Positions 24,066 through 32,100 of a stretch of DNA of 64,000 bases are shown piece after piece (the stretch's first letter is position 1; each line of letters opens with the position of its first letter). A program made the position numbers and the translations under genes. The stretch is from Candidatus Omnitrophota bacterium (lineage in GTDB: Bacteria > Omnitrophota > Gorgyraeia > Tantalellales > Tantalellaceae). The notes beneath the pieces were generated by a model, which was not told the origin of the DNA, did not search any database, and saw only the letters and a list, made by a program, of their open reading frames with translations. Location: the NCBI GenBank assembly GCA_015231405.1, contig JADGBR010000009.1:25423-89422 (forward strand), in the 5' to 3' direction.

Positions 24066-25427
24066 TTACGAAGAGTCTACTATCCCCGCAAATGGATTAT
24101 CATTGCAAAGTAATATCGTTTTCAGCGTATCAAGTACATCCATCCCGTTCAGTTTGGCCGTCTGGATCACGCTCATAAGAACGCTATGGTATCTAGCTCC
24201 CTGTTCCGATCTGTTGCCGTATGTTATCTTTCTCCGGATAACTCCCGGCCTTATTTCCCGTTCCGCACGATTATTGTGAGATTCGATATCTTTCACGTAA
24301 AAAATGGTGAATATCTCGTTCTTGTGCCTCTCCAGCCTTTTAGCGATTCTATTTAATATTTTCTTATTCGGGTCAGGGAACCTGAAATCCTCAAGACTTT
24401 CTACGATCCGTTTTCGTCTCCTTATATACTCCTCATCCCATTCCTTATTTCGATGTTCGTCGTATAATTTAATACCATCCTTCAGTATCTTTACTAGCCG
24501 CCTGGCGTATCTTATAACCCCCTTATCCTCCCTGTCCCAGAATTCTAGTACCTTTGACAGGTCCCTTAATAAGTGTAATAAACACCGCTGCTTCTTCGCG
24601 GCTATCTTGTTATATGCCGATAAAAAGTCCGTTATCAATACCCCCGTCATAGTGGTCTCCAAGGATACTTTGAACGACCTTTTGCCCCCGGCTAAGGTCT
24701 ATGTGTATCACACTGACGAACCTGGTAACGAATTTCCATAACCACCCCGTCTTTCCGTTTATCTTCCAGCCCGTCTCATCACCGTTGTTAAACGGGCTTT
24801 TTCTTAATTCCGTCATCAGTAGGGAGTATATCCTTTCAGCCTTAGCAGCTGCTTGTCTCCTGAAATCCGTAATAGCCGAATGACATAGCTTAAGTCCAAA
24901 GATCTTATCAAATACTTTACGTATATCCCCGTCGGAGACTTTAACGTCATATTTCATGTATATGGCCAGAGCCTTGGCGATGGGTCCGATGCGACTGTTG
25001 TCCAGCTCGTCCTTACCCCGGCCGGTGACCGTATCCCGGCACACGGGACAATAGTATTTCTTCTTGTCAAACCTGGTCGTTATTATCCCGGGCATGATTA
25101 TGTCCTATGAGTGTGCTGGATGGTTCCCTGGCATTGTCGCAAGTCGCTTGAACCGCAGACCGGACATTCAGTTATCCGGACCTCTACGATCTTGTCTATT
25201 TTGTCTGGTGTTTGCCTGAACCAGCCGATGTGACCGAACAATCCGCCTATTTTAGACTTGGATCTTTTAGATGTTTTCTTCTTTGATTTGGATCTCGGTT
25301 TTTTCTTTCGGTTGAAGAAGTCCGATTTGAATTTATTAAGTTCGAATCGCAAGCAGACTATTTCACCGCGTAATTCCTTAACGGTCTTTTCATAGTCAGA
25401 GCAATCTTTACAACCGGTAATTTGCAT
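24066..25427 (-). pseudogene. IS66-family (single-ORF, ISBst12-like) transposase broken into three frames
   Basis: ORF 25427-25098 ends CPVCGSSDLRQCQGTIQHTHRT. Two bases later, in a different frame, ORF 25095-24610 begins MPGIITTRFDKKKYYCPVCRDTV, so the N-terminal zinc finger is split. That ORF contains DETGWKINGKTGWLW, matching the IS66 DETPxxVxGKxGYLW motif. ORF 24662-24066 overlaps in a third frame and contains HNNRAEREIRPGVIRRKITYGNRSEQGARYHSVLMSVIQTAKLNGMD, matching the IS66 DNNxAERxIRP...GRKNxLF...TAKxNGxDP motif. The two frameshifts indicate a pseudogene or a sequencing error. Confidence 0.65.
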
Positions 25428-25662
25428 AAAGTTTATTGACGATTTATGATATTGCGAGTTTTCATACTTGTTTTCGTGTGACGGGTAAGATTCGCGAGCG
25501 GACGGGGGCGGGCGAGCACTGCAGCAACTCGCCGCCGGAAGGATAACAATAATTTACACATCTCTGTGAATCAAACAACTGCAGTTTAAAAATAACAGGC
25601 GAATTGTGAAGCGCTCGAGAACGCATGCGGTCGATCGCGAATCTCGGTTGTCGGACGGTTAA

Positions 25663-25690
25663 GGAAAAATGACAGGCTTAGTCTCTTAGC
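25663..25690. repeat. Right terminal inverted repeat (IR-R)
   Basis: GGAAAAATGACAGGCTTAGTCTCTTagc. The core 25 nt are the perfect reverse complement of 23745-23769. Confidence 0.7.
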
Positions 25691-25835
25691 TAACGTCTGA
25701 AAATGTCTGAGGTGTTACTTATTCTTTGGATCTGTCTGCCAACTGTTGGTCGCGTGGCATGCTTAGGTATGCCATCGTAATATTACACGTACAAATATTT
25801 TGTAATAACTACTATAAGCGTGAGGTTACCGGGAT

Positions 25836-26060
25836 CGGACGGGGTGTGGACGCACTCTTCAAGCAAAGGGGCCCCTTAGGGAATTTTAGTCTTCCACATG
25901 CCGTTTTTATGACAACCACATTACTTGCGACTGAGCCCTCCGAAGCCGAAGGCGGAGGATGGGTGAATTCGCAAGGTCCAAAAACGGCATGTGGAAGGCG
26001 TTGTTAAATTCCCGTGGGGAATGCTTGAAGAGTGCGTCCGCACCCCGTCCGGCACCCCAT
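25836..26060. repeat. Nested-palindrome element, copy 2 (about 225 bp), inverted relative to copy 1 and carrying an extra outer stem
   Basis: The outer arms GACGGGGTGTGGACGCACTCTTCAAGC (25837-25863) and GCTTGAAGAGTGCGTCCGCACCCCGTCC (26023-26050) pair with 2 mismatches. The inner stem is CACATGCCGTTTTT / AAAAACGGCATGTGG and the core hairpin is CCCTCCGAAGCCGAAGGCGGAGG. Confidence 0.6.
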
Positions 26061-26150
26061 TGACGAGAGGAAATTGTAAAATACTTGAGTCATTATTTCT
26101 GGGATTTTCCGCAACGTGTCTGGTACCAGCTAAACATTTACGGGAAAATA

Positions 26151-29100
26151 TCATGCGGAGATCAGAGCGCGCCTGTAACCTTCTATGGCTTCCCGAAGTT
26201 CCAAGTAGTCGATCTTAATGATCCTAGGAATGTATTTAAGAAGACCGCCCGCTATATTGAACCCGAAAAGCTTTTTATCTTTTAAATATGCCATGAATCT
26301 GTCGTTATCGAATTCGGAGTGTCCGATCGACGCCCAGTACGCGATAAAATTCAAAGCGGCGTCGTAGATCTCGCCGGTAGCGATGGCGGACGAATCATCT
26401 CCGTTCTTATACGCTATGACCCTTATATTTTCAGGAAGGGCATCTTCGGAACACATGGCGTCCGGGTCGAATACCGTTATGTATGTTTCAGCCGGAAATA
26501 GCTCTACGGCTATTGCAGCGGCAGTTCTGGCCTTAGCCTCATCAATTGTTAAAAGCTCTATATTCTCCTCTTTCAGATATTTTATTCCCATTTCCTTGAG
26601 GAGCTTCGCCTTCCCGGTTCTCCGCGATACCCGAACGAGCTGTTCTTCCCCGGCAGTTACCGGAGCGAGAACTATCCTGATATCATGTTTCGCTCCTCTT
26701 TTTCTATATGCCTCGGCTATCATTTTCAACTCTCCGAAGGTCCTTACTTTAACCATCAAAGCGTCCTTTCTTCCATCGGCCGTTTTTATCTCCCCGGCCA
26801 TATAATTTACGGCGTCTTTTGTAAGCGAATCCTGCGGCGTCGAGTCCGAACTTATTTCAGAGAAATTCATATTGTAAAGCCCGAGATCGTTAATGAGCGG
26901 CATTATTACCGGAAGGAACATCTTTTCCATTATTGAACTGACGCCCGCATATACTTCTTTGTATTTACCCAGCCGAAGGCTCGTGAACGGGGCGGTTCCA
27001 CCGTCTTTACCCCGCATTAGGGCGTCTAACGCCTCGCTTTTATCCAGGACTTCCATCCGCGCCTCATGTGTTTCCAACTGAGAGACGATCGCCTTTACCT
27101 GTTCGGACACTCCTCCCTTTACGCCGCTGAGCGCCTCAGCCTTGACTATGCCTGTCAAAGCTATTCCTCTGGCTTCGGCGATCTTCGAGATCGTATCGAT
27201 ATTCTTACTCGCGTCAAACGCATTCTGCGTCTCCGGAAGAACAATGAATACGAACTCATCCCTTGGGAACTTTGCCAGCTCCGCGTCTATATCGGCTTCC
27301 TCGAACCCCTGGAATTCCTCTATGCCTATCACGAACCTTTCCCTGACCGGTTTTATATCACCGATCTTTCCCGTTTCGGCCGCAAACCTGGCGTTAGCGA
27401 TGAACCTGGCCCATTGCCTCACGCTGAAAAAAGGATGTTCTCCGCCGGGAGTAAGAGCCGCGGCGAGCTTTTCGGGAAAGCCCGCTATCCTGGCGTCCCC
27501 GGCCGTAGCCTCCTCATCCTCCTCAATAAAGAAAATTATTTTTTCGCCGTCTTCCAGGTCAAGCTTGTTCCAGTTCGAAACAATTCCCGCATTACCTATA
27601 AATGTTTTTGACTTGATCCCTACCCTGATGAACAGCTTAGTATCGCCTTTACAATACCCGGCGCATAAATTTGCCAATGCCCTGCAATTACTTATGTCCC
27701 CGAAATCCAGTTTATTGCTCAACACGAACTTATACGAGATCTTTTTCATACCCAGGACCATATATGGCTTGATCTCATCAAGCAGCGCCCCGGCTCTTTC
27801 ACCCTCGGTCAGGATGAGCATTTCCCTGGATAAGCCCGTATTAATTTCCGAAACGCCGCCTTTATCGTATTTTTTTCCGTCATTTATGATCGCGAACCTC
27901 ACATCCGGATACTTTGGCAATATTTCCTCGACCGCTGCCGCAATATCCTTCCAATCGATCCCTTGGGGAGTAACGATCTTATCTGTCCCGGCTCCAACGG
28001 TAAAACCGTGTATGACCCTGATATCGCTTGCCTGTATCGTGGCTTCGGCGATAGGCGCGCCTTTTTCGCCGTAGACTCTCGGCTGATCCTCACCCTTCAC
28101 CCTGACCTCGAACGCCCTGGCATCGGTAGGTTCCGCCCCGGGATGTTCGCCAAGATACCCGTCATCAAGAACGCCGGCCAAAAAATCTATGAATTTCTCG
28201 ACGTCCGTCTTTGCGCCTTTGACATCAAACCCGACTTTACTGCCGCATTCCATGGCGTATTCCAATAGAACGAGCATGCTGTCGCATTCCATCGAAAGAC
28301 TAGTTCCGTCCTTTAATATCCCGTTCACTTTCATTTTTAATTTCAGCTCCATCAGCTTCCTTATTATAAGATCGCTCACTCGCATGTGCACTCCGTTAGG
28401 GGTCACTACCAAAAGTTCCAGCGGCACTTCGACCTCTCGTTCGTCACGGATCTCGGGCATTATAGGGCCAGCCGTCTCTTTCATCCCGCTGGCTTTGGCC
28501 GGGGAAGGCTCTTCCGCCCGAACATCCTCTACGGGTCTTCCCTCCAGTTTTCTTGAAACATTAGTCATGGATTCGGCCATCAGCCTGTTAAATTCGGGAG
28601 ATCCTCTCATCCTATCGAACCGCACACGGACTTTTTCAAGGATCTTCGCCTCTATTTCTTTATCGGGGATCCCCTCCCATCCTTTAAGAAGCTCAAAAAC
28701 ATTTTCGGCGCTGGTGAACCCTATGTTGGTCTTGACCTTAGTGATAAGTTCCGGGAGCACGCCCTGAAAGAGCGGTATCCCGTATTTCTTAAGGAAATAC
28801 ATGCTGAAAAAGAGCGTTTTGTCCAGTCTCGCGTAATCCCCGCATATCGAAACGGAAACGCCGTTTTCGGAAGCGGCCGCCATGACCTGATCGATCTTCT
28901 CCAACACGGTTTTATTGAAATCGGCGTCAGAAATATCCGTCCTGGGCTTACCGGAAACGGCGGAGGTCAGATCGTTAGATCCTACGCTAAGGAATTTCAG
29001 ACGTTTTCCTTCACCAAGGTCAAAAGTTAATATGTCACGTATGTCAGCCGCAGCTTCAAGCGTTTCTACCATTATACCTATCGCAAGCCCATCTATCCTG

Positions 29101-32100
29101 GCGACGTCGAGATCGCTGATCTTATCAAGGAGCTCCCTCCGGCATTCGGCGAGAACGCTCTTTATGAACTCCATATCTTTTATGGTCTTGACCATCGGGA
29201 ACATCATCCTTATGTTCCCGTATCGGGAACGGACATTAGCCGTCATTATAGCTTTGACCTGGTTCTTAAGCGCCCACCGGCCCGGCTCCGTCCGGTAATA
29301 ATCAAAACTGTTTATCTCTCTTCCCTCATCATCTTTTACGGAAGGGAGAGCGGAACAGATCTTGTCATTCTCCCTGTCGAAAGTCCTTAATGTCACGGGT
29401 TTATCCGCGACGTCGGCAATGGACCTGAAAAGCTCAGACATACTGGCTATACCGGGTTCGACTCCCTTGACGCCGTACATATATTCCGTCCGCCCGAGAG
29501 CGATGCCCGAAGCGCCGTACCGTTCGTACATCTCGCGGACAGCTCTCACCGCTTCTTCCTTGTTCCCGTAAAGGTTTATGTTGCCGTAAACCTTGACGTC
29601 GGCTCCGTCCATTGTTTTCGCCGAATCATCCGCTTTGCGTGAGGCCGCTTCCATCGACGCATAGAAACCCGACATGACCCTTCCTTCCATGTAATCCTGG
29701 AATATCTCCGTCGTGGGCTCCCCTAAATGGACCTTGGCGACGTCGGTCTCGCTGCCCGTGACTTCCTTGTAAATTATCGAGACCTTCTCGCCCATTCTTA
29801 TTTTTTCGTCGAAAAATATCTCGGGTATACCCAGGACGAGAAGAGCTCCCATACCTGTGGCGATTATGGCCACATGCTCGGTCGTGGAACCGTGGGAACT
29901 CACGTAAAATTTTACCCCGTATTTCTCTGTGAGCGCCCTTAAAAGCAGGTCGTCCCTTATGAGCGTCCTTGTCATAACCACCGGCGGACGGGATAAAGCT
30001 TCCGCTTTCTTCATCTCGGCCTCTACTTCGCCCAGAACAACGTCCTCGAGGTCCATCTCCTCCAGAAGAAGGTCGATTATTCCGCTTATTATCGCTTTGA
30101 TCGCAAGCGCTTTGAACATGAGCTCTTCCGAATGCAGTTGCGCTACGGCGTCGACCGAAAAATTCATCTCATACCACAGGCGCAAAGCGAACCGCGCGGT
30201 ATAGCCCTTATCTCTCATAATATCCGAAACTCCGGCAAAAACTATCTCCGCGTGTTTTATCGTTCCGGGGCCTAACGCTTCCAGCTTATCACCATTTTTA
30301 GCCCTTTCGAAACAGGAAGATAATTTAGCCTGTTCCAGCTCCTTTTCGCGTTCCCCGGCAATGTATCCGCGGTCCAAAGTCCGTACCAAGTTAACCATAA
30401 GGTTATTGGTGCTGTCGCCGTTGTCGACCCCGAGCCGGTTATTCCTGTACAAACGGTAGACTTTCGAGAAAACCTGGCGGGCGGCGCTGGGCTTTGGCGT
30501 CCCTTCTTCCTTGAGATCCACCTCCCGATAAATTTCCATGAGAGCGCCGTACATCCCCTGGGCTATGCTCCTTTCTCTTTCATCATGGGCCATATCCATT
30601 GCTTTGTCATAATATTTGATCCTTGAACCCAGGACGCTTTGAAGATGCATCCTTTCCTTGTCAAGATCGTCCTCGGGCACCACGGCCTTGCCGGTAAGTT
30701 CGTTCTCTTCTATCGTTTCCCTGCCAACGTCAAGGACCACGGCATACCCGTCGAGAATAGCTCCCGGGATACCGTTAGAACGGCATATTACGGCTCCATC
30801 CATCAGAGCGCGGTATTTGCGGATCGTTCCGGCATATGCCTCTCTTTCTTTTTCCAAAGAACCCACTATCTCAAACACGCCTTCGGAAGCCGTTGGGCCC
30901 GTTTTCCTGTATGAATCATAGAGTCCGGATAATTGTTCGTCGCTAAGCTCCTCTTTTTCCGATAATGATCTCTGGAACTGGAACAAAGAAAGGAATATTT
31001 CGGCCTGGTTCCCGCTTTCTAGCGGCCTCGCGGGATAAATATGATGGTACATGCCTCTTGTCTCGATCAAAGGCAGGATACCTGATGATGATATCCTGTC
31101 GCTTATGGCTCTAAAATCTCCGGCCCTGTCGGTCGTCGAGATCATTATCTGCGTCATTGGCCCGGCCCCTTCGAGCCCCTTTTCGACGTCAGAGGGTATG
31201 TACCTCCTTCTGTCGTTCAAGACCACAAAATACTTTTTCACGCCTTCCGAAGCGGCCTTCTCAGACATCCGGTAAGCCGTCCAGAGGTCGAATATCTCAT
31301 CGTAGAGATAGTCCGCGTGCCTGACTATGTGGTAAGGTACGAACATCCTCTCCATAACGGCCCTGGCGAACTCGAACGGTATGGGTTCGGCCGCTTTAAG
31401 CTCCTCGGGCAGGTCGGACAAACTCTTTAGCGAATTTATCAGGTCAGCTTCTTTTGATATCCGATCAAGGACGGCTCCCGAGGCGCCCTCATAAAGTCCC
31501 GCCGGAACCACGGGCGCGCCTGTCTTTTGAGGTTGCCGCTGGGGAGTGACTTCCTCCCGCACAAACTCCTTTGGTATACCCACAAAGAGATTTATCGCGG
31601 GCAATAATACCAGCATCCCCAGAAAATGAGCTATGCCCGCTCTCACACCGGGATCGGACGGAATATTCAGGCGCTTCATGAGTTTAAGAGCCCTGTGCTC
31701 GGCGAGCTCGTGACTGAGGATATTTCGCCGTACCCATTGTTTATTTATCAGCCAGAAAGCCGCGTGCGGCCTTTGTACGCCTTTTAGAGTCACGCCTGCG
31801 AGATGAACGCCCTTAAGCCCCTCTTTCTCTTCTGATGTAAGATAAGATCTCCCCTCGGAGGCCTCTATCTCCGAGAGTTTCCAGCGGGTAAGCGCTCTGT
31901 AAGCCTCCCCTTTTATCAGGTAAAATCGGATGGAAGCGTATCCCGCGTAAAACCCGGCTCCCATTATAGCGGCTGAGCACCAGGTTAAACCATGTGCGGC
32001 CGCCATATTGCTCAACCCGAAATAAACAAGCGCCCAGGCCGTAACCAGGCTAATACCGTACCACCTGACGCCGGAAATGACGCGGAACGAGTGAGCCGGC

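Larger units (their letters stand above)
23742..25690 (-). mobile_element. Degenerate IS66-family insertion sequence bounded by 25-28 bp inverted repeats
   Basis: AAGAGACTAAGCCTGTCATTTTTCC at 23745-23769 is the perfect reverse complement of 25663-25687. With two tip mismatches the repeats extend to 28 bp. They enclose IS66-type transposase fragments. No clean target-site duplication was found. Confidence 0.5.

Noticed and set aside
23735-25700. Target-site duplication flanking the IS inverted repeats.
   Set aside because: The flanks gagtagcgtc (left) and agctaacgtc (right) share only a partial tagcgtc/taacgtc similarity, offset by 3 bp. This is not a clean 8-bp duplication.
25726-26285. Small ORFs on both strands (25726..26007, 25921..26154, 25991..26218, 26085..26285) in the A-IS gap.
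   Set aside because: They overlap the nested palindromic element and each other. Their arrangement is symmetric because of the inverted repeats. There are no coding signals.
31709-31726. HELAEH in gene A (residues 972-977) as a zinc-protease motif.
   Set aside because: The spacing is H-E-x-x-E-H, not HExxH. It cannot supply the canonical pair of His ligands. It is noted only as the degenerate counterpart of D's HEIGH.
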